Positions 44,370 to 57,043 of a stretch of 64,000 bases of DNA are shown piece after piece; within the stretch, counting starts at the first letter, position 1, and each line of letters begins with the position of its first letter. This DNA is from a virus (lineage: Duplodnaviria; Caudoviricetes): positions 15,174-79,173 of the IMG/VR virus record IMGVR_UViG_2602041658_000005; one strand, written 5' to 3'. A model generated the notes under the pieces. The model was given only the letters and a program-made list of their open reading frames with translations, was not told the DNA's origin and searched no databases. A program made the position numbers and the translations under genes.

Positions 44370-47300
44370 ATGTCTAATAACAACATATTAAAATTTATCG
44401 TAGCTATAGAGGATCAAGCTACAAAGGGCTTAGATGAGATAGAAAGACGCCTTAACTCTATGGTGGACTATTTTAAATCATCGACTACGAACATAAATAA
44501 AATACTCGGGGGTATAGGTGGCAAGGAAAATGCACAAGGTGTAGAGAGCTTTACGAAGATCCTTTCCGAAGTGCAAGCATCTTTGAAGAAAGATGTGGGT
44601 GATGTGCCTTTGTTTAAATCTGTAATGGAGCAGATGATGCAATTGCAAAAATTTATAGGTAGCAATTCTTTGAAAGAAGAGATAGAAAAGGTGCGTGCGA
44701 GTATAAACAACCTATTTACAGAAGTTCCAAAGGTAAATCCGGGTGCTTTTAATGCTTATTTCCAAGAGTTAAACAAGGCTTATGAGACTTTTAGAGGGAA
44801 GCTCTCTGGAGGCAAGAGCTTCTACTTAACAGAGGGGTTAGGAGCAGATATTTCCCGTTTAGGCTCGATAAGCGGTGGTGATACGTATAAAGATATGCAG
44901 GCGCAAGTGGAAGCAGTGAAATTAGCTTTATTAAAATCAATGAAAGAGATAAACGAAGCTATAAACGTTACGAAAGGTCTGTTTTCAAATAACGGCATTG
45001 ATTTTGGGAAAGTGAGTGAAAAGGTAGAGAAGTTGACTGCAAATATAGACGTTTTAGCCACAGCTTTTAGGAATCTTAATGGGGTTATAAAAGACGAAAA
45101 ACTATTAAACACTGCGGCAGGTATAGGTGAATCTATAAGAATCGTAAAAGGCTCTGTAAAAGTTCTTCAAGAGGGAAGTGCTAACATGCGTGTGAAAGAA
45201 GATTTTGACGAAGCTGCAAAAAGTATATATAGAGCGCGTGCGGAAATAGAACGACTAATTCCTCTTCAGGAAAAGCTACAGAAGCAGATAGATATAGCGA
45301 AGTTCTTGGGTCTTGATAGCGAGAAGATAGAGAAAGCTCAAGCAGAAATGTTACGTTTAAGAGAGATATTGTCAAGCATAACAAGAAGCCCGAACGGTCT
45401 TGCTAACGGAAAGGACGTACATAGAGACGACCTCACAGGTCTTAACACTTCGCAGCTTATGGAAGCATATAGAGATGAGGTCATAAGAGCGAAGAACGCT
45501 TTGGCTACACAAACGCAAAGAAACTCAGAGACTTTAAAAAACGAAGCTCAAGCGCAGAAAGAAAATGAAATAGCTAAGAGGTCTAACTCGCAAGCTACAG
45601 AGGCTTTGATACAAAAGGAAAATCAGCTTAGCAACGCTATAGAGAAAGCAACAGGAAAAGGACGTGAGCATAGCCAAGTGATAAGCGACTTAAAGGGCAT
45701 GGCTTTGCAATATCTTAGCGTGTGGGGTGCGCAACAGTTCTTAGTAGACATGGCTAACATAACAGGAGAGTTAGAACTGCAAAAAAAATCGCTCGAGGTG
45801 ATACTGAATAGTGCCAGCGCGGCTCAGAACATGTATTCAGAGATACGCGACCTTTCGCAGATGTCGCCTTACTCTTTTGAAGACCTTTTAAAATCGCATA
45901 GACAATTAGCTGCCTTTGGTATTGAGACTAAAGATGTATTTGGTACGTTAAAATCGCTATCGGACATAGGGGCAGGTTTAGATGTAGATGTATCTCGCCT
46001 CATATTAGCATACGGTCATACTCGGTCTTATGGGTACTTGTCGGGAATACAGAACAGGCAATTTGAAACAGCAGGTATAGACCTCGTGGGTGCTTTGACA
46101 GATAAGTATAACAAACTTGCAGCTGCAGAGAAGCGCGCAGGTAGGCAGGCAGAGTTTGTGTCGAGGAAAGACATCTTTAGCAGAATGAGAGATAGGAGCA
46201 TTCCTTTTAGTGATGTGCAAGATGTTATCATGGATCTTGATAAACCGGGTGGAAAATTTTATGACATGCAGATACGTCAGTTTGAAACTCTTGGTGGAAA
46301 GCTAAGAAACTTGCGTAATAACTACCGTATAATGATGTCGGAATTAGGCGAAGAGCATAAAGGACTACTTTACGGCGTGGTTAGCATAATAAACGAGTTG
46401 ACAGAAAATTGGAACAGGTATTATCATATCTTGCGAAACGTAGCAATAGGTTATGGTGCTATAAAGGTAGCCGCTATGATGGCAGGGCGCGCAGGTAAGG
46501 CTGCAAACTTAGCTCTAACGGAATCGATAAGGAAAAGACAAAGAGAGGCGGCGGTAGTAAACTATCTTAACGGGGACGTTGGGATAGGTAAAGCGTCAGG
46601 GGCAGGCTCTTCGTGGAGGTTGTTTAAAAAGAGTAAAGGAGTAGTAGCAAGCCGAGAGAACAACAACCTTGTAAGGAACTTAGCCCAAGACAGAGAGGTA
46701 AACAACCTTGTAAAGCAACGAATAGCTCTAACCTCAAAGCTGACCGTAGCGCAGAGAGCTTACCTTTTGCAATCGACGGGGGTAAATGCAGCAGAGGCAC
46801 GTTCGATAGCTCTTTCAAGTGGTTGGAAGAGAGGCTTGTTGTCAGTGAGACTTGGCATTATAGGGGTAGCTCAAAGTTTTAAGGCTATGACGATAGCTAT
46901 GCTTTCTAACCCTATGACATGGGTTTTTGCAGCCGTAGAGGCTTTTACATGGCTCGTAGATAGAATGGGCGCAGCTTCGAGGACGGCGGAAGAATTTAAA
47001 AACACAATAGAAGAGACAGCTCAAACAGACTTAGACGGCATAAAACAATCATTATCTACTTTTGAAGACGAGGGTATAATAACACGAAGAGCGAAAGACT
47101 CGTATAAAAGCTCGGAAGGTACGGCTTTTTTAACAGAAACGAAAGTGTCGGAAAAAGCGTTAGAGGATTATGGTGTAGAGAACGCCTTTGAAGAGTTAGA
47201 CAGAGCTTTGCAAGTGCATTCCCCACTATATAAAGGTGATTACTTTGATGTAGTGAAAGCAGGTAATCAGGTGGAGCAGGTGAAAGCTATGTTTAAGAAA

Positions 47301-50300
47301 CTGGATAACATAGAATATGCTACGCAGATACAAAATCTGAATAAAGAAAATATAGAAAAAGATATTAAATCTACAGGAGGGGTGTTTGATGATGATGTCA
47401 TTGTGAACATGAATGACTATAACAAGGCTTACGAGAAAACGTTAGCTTCTATAAACTTGACTGATGAAAACTGGAGCAAGGTTTACGATAATGATAAGCG
47501 TGCGATAGAGGACTATATGAAAAAGTTGGGCATTAGTAAGAAAGAGGCAATAGCAAAATACATAGAAGATGTGGGTGTTGAGAGCTTCAGCAGCCTTTTT
47601 ACGACACGTGCAGATGGCAGTACTGACGGAGGGGTAAAAAGGTATAAGAGTACTAACAGCTTGAACAAAGCATTTAAAGAGGCTTCTGATGACATGAAGT
47701 TGATGAGTGGAGATATAGCCCTTATCTTAAAAGAATCTTTTAAAGGAAATACAGATGCAGGTGTAGAGTTTATAGAGAAAACTCTAAACCAAATGTTCTC
47801 ACAAGCAAAGATAGGGAACGAGGACGTTAAAGCACACTTGTCAGATGGATTTTATAGCGTTGTCATAGCATCTTTGCGAAAAATGGGACAAAAAGAAGAT
47901 GCGGACGCATACGAGAAGCAGCAAATGAACAGAAAGGTAGGTGCTATCCTTTTTGATAAAATAAAAACTCGAGTATCGGAAAAAAGCAGTCAAGGAGATA
48001 AGGTTAAAGCTGTTCAAGAAAGCCTAAAAGCTGCGATAGAAGCAGCAAAGAAAGGATCGAAAAATTTTGCAGCTTTCTGGAAAAAGTTAGGGAAGAAAGG
48101 TCAAGATGCGTTTAAAGCAGGGCTGAACTTGTCAGGTATAAACTATGCTAACCTATTAACCAACATATCAGGATGGCAAAAACGCGCGATAAAAATGGGT
48201 GTGAGCGTTACTTTAGGAGCTGATGTGGACTATACAGAATTTATAAACAAAATACGCGATAAGATAAAAGAGGCTCGTGAAAAGCTAAAAGCAAATCAAG
48301 GGCGCATAAACTATATAATGGGTGTAAACGTCAACCTTGACGTAAGGACTGTAGGGGACGCTAAAAAGCTGTTAGAGATGTTTCAGAAAAAGCGTAATGC
48401 TTTGCATCGTGCATGGGTAGCATTTGTAAAGAAATATCGAAGCAAAGACGGCTATATACATGATCCTCGCAAAGCTAAAGAAGCTATGAACCTTAAAGAC
48501 CAATGGATGGAAATGGACGACATTTATATACCTATGGCTAAAGAAATGTTTGGAGATATAAAATATGTAAAGAGTGAGCATCAAGACTTAGAACCCGCTA
48601 AAGAGCATAGGTCGGCACCAACACATAAGCAAACAGGTGGCAAGAAGGGTAAAAAGAGCAGCTCGGCATTTGGTAGGAAAGAAGATAAATTAGCAAGAGA
48701 TATTCGCTCGCAGGCTCAAATATTGGGAGAGGCATATTCAGAATATAAGAAATGGGAAGAGAAGATAGGTAATACCAAAGCCTTAAGCAAGGTGCAAGAG
48801 GAATTTTTTTGGAAAGGGGTCTGCTCTGACAAAGGCAGGATTTTCTTTTAAAGATGTGCCAAAATATTATGAAAATCTTAACAAGCTGAAAGATAAACTT
48901 AATAAGTATTATAACTCTAAGAAAGGGCATAACAGCTATGTTTTAGACGCTATAAAAGAAATAGGGAAGTCGATAAACCAAGTAGATTTCGATAGATTTA
49001 CTAAGAAGTCGGACAACTGGGCATCGAACATGTCGATACAATTAGACAGACTTACAAAAAGGTGGGAGCGGTATAACAATGTGTTAAAAGCTACGGGCGA
49101 TACGAAGATGGCTTCTTCGGTAGCTTTAGTAGACCCATATAAATACCAAGACATGGCAGATGAGATAAAGGGGAATATAAAGGCTCACTTTAAAGAAGCT
49201 GGTGCTACGAGCGAATATACCTTTGACAAAGATGATAGCGACAAGAAGATAGATGAAGATGTAAAAAACCTGTTAGGTAAAGACGCTAAAGATGACCATA
49301 TAAAAGGGCTTGTAGAAGAGATAAAGAAATGGCGAGAAGCACAACAGAAAGCAGAAGATGAGGGCGTGGACACGTTCTCAACCCTTATGGGTAGCATAGA
49401 TGACTATGCTACACGAATAAGAAAAGCGAACAATGAGTATGAAAGACTTATTGAAAAGATGCAGAAAGCTAAAGATTCGGGAGCTTTGTCGAGTGAGAAA
49501 TTTGAGAAAGCTAAGCAGATAGCAAAAGATAAGCTGGAGTGGAAAAATTATAAGTACAGTGCGCCTTACAGAATTTTGATTACTCACACTTTAACGAACA
49601 CTATAGCAAGTGCAAGGAAAGAGGGTGGTAATGCTAAAAAAAGATTAGACGAGGCTTTAGCTCATGGGTCTATATCAGCTGATGAATATGTACAAGGAAT
49701 AAAGGACATAAACGAAGCTCTTGATAAGGTGTCGAAAAATTCAGTTAGCGGTATAGTGAGATTTTTTAACGAATCTTCAGAACAAAAGCATGAGCGCAAG
49801 GCTAATGAATATATGGATCTTTTCTTTAAAAGTGCGGAAAATTACGCCCAGTATAGAAGTTTAAGAGCCTCTGCTTTGAAAAACGGAAGTAACGTAAGGG
49901 CTTTGGAACTTTATGGAAAGATGAATGAAGAAGATAGAAATATGAATATGAACTTTGAAAAGGCTGCGGAAGAAAAGAAAAAAGCGAAGAGTTCTAAGGC
50001 TTTTTCTGATGGTGTAAATTCGGCGGTAAAAGGTTTGCAGTTATTCTCTGGTGGTCTTAATATGCTTAGCAGGCTTTTAGATGGTTTAGGGAAAAGTTCA
50101 AGAGATGTTGACACCGGGAAAGAAGTCGTAGGAGGCATGGCTCAAGGCGCAGCTTCCTTTTCGGGTGCAGGAACTTACGGTATGATAGCAGGAGCTGTTA
50201 TGGGAGGTATTATTGGGCTTCTTGAGTCTTTCAGGAAACAACACGAAGCGGATTTAGCAGAATTTAGAAGACAGGCAGACGAAAGTCATTTCCAATATGA

Positions 50301-51321
50301 TTTAATAGAGAAAAGAAAGGAACGAACTTATGGCTATTTTACAGGTTATCAACGTAAGCCTGATATAAAGGCTACGCAGATCCTTACTGCTCGTGAATTA
50401 TGGGAACAATATGAAAATTTTCATAAAGAGAGTTTACATACGAGTGCTTATGACCTTCAACGTAAGGAGTTGGAATCCGAACTTGAAACCTACAACAATA
50501 TGCTCGAAAACGAAAAGGGTTCAAAATATAGAGACGAGGCGAGGATACTTGAAATAGATAAAAAAAGAGCCGAATTAGCAGAGCAAATAACTTATTTTGC
50601 GGAAGATACGGCTAAAAGTTTGTGGGGTATAGACTTAAAAAAATGGGCAGATCAACTTAGCGATGCTTTGTGCAATGCTTTTGAAAACGGTGAGAACGCT
50701 GTGGAGGCTTTTAAAGACGCCACTTCTGACATGTTGAAGGGAGTAGTACACAGATTGATGCAATTGACAGTAATGGAACCAATGTTTAAAGATCTTCAAA
50801 ATAAATTTTTTGGAGAAAAAGGGCTTTTTGGCACTACTGAAGACTATTTACAAGATCCGGCTAAAGCAGGAGAGCAGGCTGCCGAGCTGATAGCGTCTTA
50901 TTTTCAAACAACAATGTTACCACTTATTAATGCGGAGCAGCAATCATGGACGGCTATTAATAGAAGCCTAAAAGAAAAGGGTTACGATATGACTGAGAGT
51001 GGAACGAAGGGCGAAAAGCTATCAAGCAGCATACAGGGGACTTCGGAAGAAACGAGTGCTTTGTTAGCAGGATATGTGAACGCTTTGCGTCAAGACGTTT
51101 CTTACATGAGGCTTATGCAGACAGAGGTGTTTAACGAAGCGTGGCAAGGCTATGTAAAGCAAATAACAGGAATGTCTACCACGTTAGGACAAATAGACTC
51201 TAACGTGGCAGCTATTCGCGCAGTTATTAGCGAGAATGGAACTTTATATAGTAAGATAGAACGACTTTCGGACGATTTTCATAATGTTATCTTAGGAAAC
51301 CAAAATTTGCATGTGATATGA
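44370..51321 (+). CDS. Tape measure protein, split into 44370-48851 and 48856-51321 by a T7 run at 48804-48810
   Basis: Tape-measure domain (SPYSFEDL...QLAAFG...LSDIGAG); removing one T fuses both ORFs. Confidence 0.85.
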
Positions 51322-51333
51322 TAATATAGAGAT

Positions 51334-51372
51334 AAAAAAAAACGACTGTCTTCACAGATGGTCGTTTTTTTC
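51334..51372. terminator. Bidirectional intrinsic terminator
   Basis: A-tract, CGACTGTC...GATGGTCG stem, T-tract. Confidence 0.75.
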
Positions 51373-51407
51373 GCTTTAATGAAATACATTCGGTCTTTAA
51401 AAAATGT

Positions 51408-51923
51408 CTATTTAAGATATGAAAAATCGTCTTTTATTCTAATAGTTTTGTTTGCTGTAATCACAACGTTTTTGGAATTTTTTAAAACAAGGAGATCGGG
51501 TGAGTCTTGCACCTCAACATCTATGTTAGCATTCTCAAAAAGATGTATTATTGTAAAAGAATTATTCTTTATAAAAATCTTTACAAAAGAATTATCCCTT
51601 ACGTATATGATAGAGTGGTGTCTTCCATTAACCCTTATAATGGCTTTAGAAGAACCAAGAATCATAGCTTCTTCGGGATTGAGCAAACTTCGGTTATCAT
51701 CGACAAGAATACCATTTTTGCGTAGTAAGTCTTTGTCGAAAAAGTTCTTAATGAACTCGTTAGAAGGGTAGTGATGTTTTAAAGAAAAATCGACCCCTTT
51801 AAAATATTTGTTTATAAGAACCTGCTGGCTGGAATCTTCGTCCCACTTTTGCTGCCACTTCTCGCATAACCCAAGACTAATGGCTTTGTCTTTTAACTTA
51901 CTATTTAACTCTTTGATATTCAT
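51408..51923 (-). CDS. Hypothetical protein with short beta-repeat C-terminus, antisense within the tail module
   Basis: ORF with its own TAATTTTG promoter near 51944. Confidence 0.65.
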   Translation of the reverse strand: MNIKELNSKLKDKAISLGLCEKWQQKWDEDSSQQVLINKYFKGVDFSLKHHYPSNEFIKNFFDKDLLRKNGILVDDNRSLLNPEEAMILGSSKAIIRVNGRHHSIIYVRDNSFVKIFIKNNSFTIIHLFENANIDVEVQDSPDLLVLKNSKNVVITANKTIRIKDDFSYLK

Positions 51924-52077
51924 GCGTTAAGTTCTTTCGAGGGCAAAATTACAACAAATAGGAATAAAAAAGATGCTTGCAAACAAAAAAGTAAGAGGGG
52001 AGGTGCGCTTTTTTTTGAAGAAGCGGCTTATTTGAGTAAATATTTTTTACTATATTTGCGAAAATATTTTACATTTT

Positions 52078-52629
52078 ATGGAAGTAAGCAGAGTATATAT
52101 ACAACAAAGTTTTTTCAATGGCGTTTCTTACGTGAAAGGGGAAGTGGTAGATTTATTAGAAAAATTTAATGTGGCTTGTTCTTCTTTTCCTTTTAAATAT
52201 AAGCCAGAGGCGAAAGATTTGCCTTTTCGAGACTGGGCAGGCGAAGATGGACGAGATGTGTATATACCTAAAGAGGGAATTTTCATAAAAAACTATGAAG
52301 TAGAAGCTTCCTTTTTGTATAAAGGTGTAAAGGAAACGATACATAAAGATGTTAAAGATTTTATTGATTTTGTTTATGGTCGCAACAATGGTTCGGTTGG
52401 GGCGGCTCTTATTATATATGATGAGTATGCGCAGGCTGGACGAAAAGACGTGCATGTTGCTTCTGTTAGCAATGATGTTTACTATTATGGTGATGACGAT
52501 CCTGATGCGATAGCTTCTTTTAAGGTAAAATTTATGATAGAAGACCCTACGACGGTTATTATACCCGAGTATGGTGTATCTGATAGCGGGGACAAGAAGA
52601 TAATAGACTTAACTTTTGTAGGTGTATGA
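52078..52629 (+). CDS. Putative distal tail protein
   Basis: Follows the tape measure; DWAGEDGRDVYIP; promoter TATATTTG at 52051. Confidence 0.55.
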   Translation: MEVSRVYIQQSFFNGVSYVKGEVVDLLEKFNVACSSFPFKYKPEAKDLPFRDWAGEDGRDVYIPKEGIFIKNYEVEASFLYKGVKETIHKDVKDFIDFVYGRNNGSVGAALIIYDEYAQAGRKDVHVASVSNDVYYYGDDDPDAIASFKVKFMIEDPTTVIIPEYGVSDSGDKKIIDLTFVGV

Positions 52630-55600
52630 TAGGAAAGGTTTTAAAGATATTATATAAAGGCGAAGACGGGAAAGAGTACGTTCGCTGTATTGTCAAGAAA
52701 TGGGAGTTTCGCGACAAGGCTATGTCCGTAGGCGAGCAGTGCTTGACATTTGAGCTAAACACTGAAAACCTGATACCTTTTGCGATAGGGGATTATTGCG
52801 AATATAGAGGGCAGCAGTTTTTTATGAACAACTTACCAAGCGTAGTGCAGGTGGCAGAACCGATGAAAACGGGCAATGCTTTCAAATATGAAAGTGTGAA
52901 GATGGAAAGTGCTGCTTGTGAGCTTGGCAGGGTAACCTTACTTGACATAACACCATCAACGAGCTTATATACGTCTTCCTTAGGAACAAACTATACGGGG
53001 AGTGCTAACTTTCAGCTATTTTGTGGAAGTGTAAGGGGGACTTTTGAGGGAAAGACGGTAGAGAGGACACCTGTTTGCGTTTTAGCAGGAAGAATACAAG
53101 CTAATCTTGACAGGGTGTATAAGGAAAAGAAATGGAAGGTGCATGTAAACTTAGCTTTGGAAAGAATGGTAGACGGCACTATGCGTAGCGCGACCCATTC
53201 GGAAGATAAGGTGTTATCTTTTAATAATACTACGGTGGCAGGAGCTATGGCAGAGGTGCAGAATGCTTTTAAACTTTCTTATTTTATAAAAGGTAGGGAT
53301 ATATATATAGGATATGCTCTTGGAACTGTAACGGGTAAGGCTGATAAGATAGCAGACAAAGAAGATGACTTCTTTTATTTTGGTTACGGTAGAGGATATG
53401 CGGATAAAAAACATCAAGGGAAGTCGCTTTTTGAAATAAAAAAAGTAGCCAACCCATCACAGCAGATTATAACTCGTCTTCGTGCTTTTGGCTCAAAAAA
53501 GAATATCCCATTTAGGTATTATAATAAACGTTACGACTTGTCGCAATCTTTCTTTCCTCAAAACTTACAACTCCCCGATACTTTTGAAACATTAGAGACA
53601 AAGAAACAAAGAAACGAATTAAGAAAAAAGCAATCGCCTAACTTGCGAGCAGTGCTTGGCGATACAAACGATGCTTATATAGAGAAAAATGACGATAGCC
53701 TTACTACTACGGAGGGACTTCGCGAGGGGGTTGCTGCATGGGACGGCTCTAATCAAGATTTAGAAGAGATATATCCTACTATAAAAGGGGTAACCTTTGG
53801 GGATCTTAGGGGGAACGACACGCCTGACATGTTTAAATGTACAGAGAAAGATGATAAACTGCCTAAAAAAGATGGCGAGCATCGTTCGTTTTGGAACTAC
53901 CAAGATAAAGAGCGTATAGATGAAATTTTAGCAGTAGGGGAACTTAGAGATAAGAATATCTTACATGATGATGCTCATATAGGAATGGGGATAATGCCCG
54001 GTGCTGCTCAAAATAGATATGGAGCAATAGACTGCCCCTGCCTTATAAACGAACACTTTGAGCTTAATTCGTCTATCATGTTTTATCATAGTAATGCTTA
54101 CGAGCTATTTCACACTTTAAAAGCACAACCAAGTGGTAGATATATGCTTTATACGCAGGCAGGAGATTCACTTATAGCAAGTACTGTGGTAAATACAGGC
54201 AGATTTGCTTCTAATGGCATTTTTGCTACGGCAGACGTTAGTTTTGAAATAGTAATATATGCAAAACCTTGTAGACCAAATTCAAAAAAAGAGGAGATAG
54301 CTCGCTATCGCACGAGAACCGTTCACGTACACAGCAAAGACATAGATCTTTCTCATGCAGAAGTAAAACTACCTAATTTACCCGATTATTTCGATAAAAC
54401 TCTTCTTGAAAAGAATGAAGACATGCAAGTACCCGAAATTATCGTAAAAGAAGTTAGTGATATAAGTGCTACGATAAGATTTGACATGGTAAATATAAAT
54501 ACCGACATGAGAGAGAAAGGCGAAAATCTTTATATAGATTTCCATGTAGGTAATACGCAGGGAAGGCAGCATGCTAAAAATATGAATGATTACGGGCTTT
54601 ATCTTTGGGGACTTTCTACGGAACAGCAAAAAACAATAGACGACCCTTTTCATATAATCATCAAAGATTTAGGTATACCCAACTTTACTGCTCAATTTAC
54701 AGGGAAAGAAGATGCGCAGATAGAAATGAGGGACGGGAACTGCGTTTGCAGGCAGTTTAGCATACTTAAGCCGGGAGCGAAGCGAGTAAAATATATAAAA
54801 GACGGCAAGGAATATAATGGGTGGGAGCTGAAACTGAAAAGGTCGGTAGATGATTCTATACATACTTATTACCCGAGCGGGAAGGATAAACTGAAAGCAG
54901 GCGACCACTTTGTTATTTTAGGAATAGAAATGCCTGACTCTTATATAAAGGCAGCAGAAATGCGTTTGTTAGCTGCCGCTTCTCGCTATTTGGAAGCAAA
55001 CAGCAAAACGATGTATTCTTACGAGCCTCATTTAGACGAGATATATCTTGCCCGTAATTATGATAATTGTGAGAAAGAGGGAGATGTAACACGCTCTGTC
55101 TATTGGAATTTATATGCAGGGTTTAAATTTCCTTTTAGAGGAATACCTAAGAGTGCAAATAAGGAAGAAGAGCTTCCGGCTATGAACGTAACAATAGAAA
55201 GCCTTACTATAAAAGAGGGAGATGGGCTTATACCAAAGGTAGAGCTGAAACTTAACGAAAAGATAGAACAAGGTGTTTATCAAAGAGTAACGAACACTGT
55301 GAACAAAATTACTGAAGGTAATTTTTTCGGAGATGTGTTAGAATCTGACGTTGTAAATGTTATTAAAAAGGCAGGTAGAGAATTTTTCATATCTAAAATA
55401 TTTTCAGATGTATCTAATGATTTTATAACGTTTTTAAAGGGTATAGGTGCTAAAGCTAAATCTTTCTTTACGGGAATAGACAATGAGGGTGATTTGAATA
55501 ACACCGGTGAGATAACTACAAAAGACTTAATAGTTACTGGTACTGCGCGGTTTTTAACTTTGGAGATAGCGAAAGCAAAGGCTGCAGGTGGGGTGATAGT

Positions 55601-57017
55601 GCAGAGCATAGCAGAATTTCATGTAGACGATGTAGAGGAGACGGAAGAGGGATATGTATGCTATCAGGTAGCAGAAAAAGATGGTGTGAAACTAAGGCAG
55701 ATGTGCCAAGTGGGCGACCAAATGTTATGCTATGGTGCGTTTAATACGGAAATAAAAACAGCAGGGAATAATTCGCAATTTTATTGGCGATATGTTTCAA
55801 AAGCTCCTTTGGAAACAGAGATGCGATATTTAGAATATGATAAAGCTACGGAGTGCCTAAAGATAGTGTTGTCAAAGGGTGATTGCGCAGGCTATAGCAC
55901 AGCACCGCAACGTGGCGACAGCCTTGTACAGATAGGTAACCGCACGGATAAAGAACGTCAAAGCGTGATAGTGTCAGCAGCTACATTCCCTTTATTGGAC
56001 GACTTAAAACCTCCTTATTGGGCTAAATATACAGGGATAAACAACTACGAGCTAACAGCTCACCGCGAAACTTTCTTTTCAAAGGACAAGAATCAAATAA
56101 TAGGCACTCTTCTCACAAAGGCAGAAGACGGTACTTATCAGCCTATTCCCGATGATCTTGTGAAGCAGTTTTCAGAAATTAAGCAAACGGCAAACAAAAT
56201 AAGTTTTAAGGTAGCTGAGCAGGACAAAGGGTTGCGAGCAGCTGGCATAGACATCGAGAGCGGGCAGATAGTAGCCACTGCTGACAATTTCAAAGTGAAG
56301 AACAGCAGCGGCACGGAAACGTTTCTAATAGATAAGCAGGGGAAAGTAAGTGTTGGTATGCTTAGCGAGCCTTGGTTTTGCAGAAAGTTCACAGAAATAA
56401 ACGATAATAATTTTCATGAATATTTAAGATTTGTAAATGGGATTTTTAAGCCAGAGATAAGAGGGTCTTATGCGTTCCATTGGGTCAATGTGGCTAAAGC
56501 GGGTCCAAGTATATCGTTTAATATGACACATAAAGCTAAATTGGGTACCTCTCCCTTTTATGCAGCACCTCGCATTTATTTAAATTATCTTTCTTATATG
56601 CCTCGTAGAGGGGAAGTACCTGGCGCGTTGGATAATAACTTTTTGTTGGGATCAGAATTAGTCATCGAAAACAAAGGGGATATATCAGTAGGAATAGTAG
56701 GTTCTTTATGCTTTTCGGGATATGGTTTCCCCTCTTTAGCTTATCGGGGAAATGGCTATAATGCAGATATGGAAGAGAAAAGATCTTATTTTCAACCTTT
56801 GAAAATAGAAATAGATAAGGGAGAGATAGCTCATCTTAGATGTAGACTTGTAGGAGATAGGAAGTCAGTAAAGATAGGCTGGGAATATGCTGTAGGCAAG
56901 TTGTCTAATTGGAATGATGGTATAAATTATATTCCTTACTATTATCCTTCAAACAAAACAGATAGTGGTGATGGAAATTACCGTATAGATAGGTATGGTA
57001 ACGAAACAGATGATTAA
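52626..57017 (+). CDS. Large tail tip / baseplate-hub protein
   Basis: 1463 aa; IITRLRAFGS.KN; SEIKQTANKISFKV tail repeat. Confidence 0.75.
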   Translation: MIGKVLKILYKGEDGKEYVRCIVKKWEFRDKAMSVGEQCLTFELNTENLIPFAIGDYCEYRGQQFFMNNLPSVVQVAEPMKTGNAFKYESVKMESAACELGRVTLLDITPSTSLYTSSLGTNYTGSANFQLFCGSVRGTFEGKTVERTPVCVLAGRIQANLDRVYKEKKWKVHVNLALERMVDGTMRSATHSEDKVLSFNNTTVAGAMAEVQNAFKLSYFIKGRDIYIGYALGTVTGKADKIADKEDDFFYFGYGRGYADKKHQGKSLFEIKKVANPSQQIITRLRAFGSKKNIPFRYYNKRYDLSQSFFPQNLQLPDTFETLETKKQRNELRKKQSPNLRAVLGDTNDAYIEKNDDSLTTTEGLREGVAAWDGSNQDLEEIYPTIKGVTFGDLRGNDTPDMFKCTEKDDKLPKKDGEHRSFWNYQDKERIDEILAVGELRDKNILHDDAHIGMGIMPGAAQNRYGAIDCPCLINEHFELNSSIMFYHSNAYELFHTLKAQPSGRYMLYTQAGDSLIASTVVNTGRFASNGIFATADVSFEIVIYAKPCRPNSKKEEIARYRTRTVHVHSKDIDLSHAEVKLPNLPDYFDKTLLEKNEDMQVPEIIVKEVSDISATIRFDMVNINTDMREKGENLYIDFHVGNTQGRQHAKNMNDYGLYLWGLSTEQQKTIDDPFHIIIKDLGIPNFTAQFTGKEDAQIEMRDGNCVCRQFSILKPGAKRVKYIKDGKEYNGWELKLKRSVDDSIHTYYPSGKDKLKAGDHFVILGIEMPDSYIKAAEMRLLAAASRYLEANSKTMYSYEPHLDEIYLARNYDNCEKEGDVTRSVYWNLYAGFKFPFRGIPKSANKEEELPAMNVTIESLTIKEGDGLIPKVELKLNEKIEQGVYQRVTNTVNKITEGNFFGDVLESDVVNVIKKAGREFFISKIFSDVSNDFITFLKGIGAKAKSFFTGIDNEGDLNNTGEITTKDLIVTGTARFLTLEIAKAKAAGGVIVQSIAEFHVDDVEETEEGYVCYQVAEKDGVKLRQMCQVGDQMLCYGAFNTEIKTAGNNSQFYWRYVSKAPLETEMRYLEYDKATECLKIVLSKGDCAGYSTAPQRGDSLVQIGNRTDKERQSVIVSAATFPLLDDLKPPYWAKYTGINNYELTAHRETFFSKDKNQIIGTLLTKAEDGTYQPIPDDLVKQFSEIKQTANKISFKVAEQDKGLRAAGIDIESGQIVATADNFKVKNSSGTETFLIDKQGKVSVGMLSEPWFCRKFTEINDNNFHEYLRFVNGIFKPEIRGSYAFHWVNVAKAGPSISFNMTHKAKLGTSPFYAAPRIYLNYLSYMPRRGEVPGALDNNFLLGSELVIENKGDISVGIVGSLCFSGYGFPSLAYRGNGYNADMEEKRSYFQPLKIEIDKGEIAHLRCRLVGDRKSVKIGWEYAVGKLSNWNDGINYIPYYYPSNKTDSGDGNYRIDRYGNETDD

Positions 57018-57043
57018 AACGACAAGAGAAAAGAAATATAATC

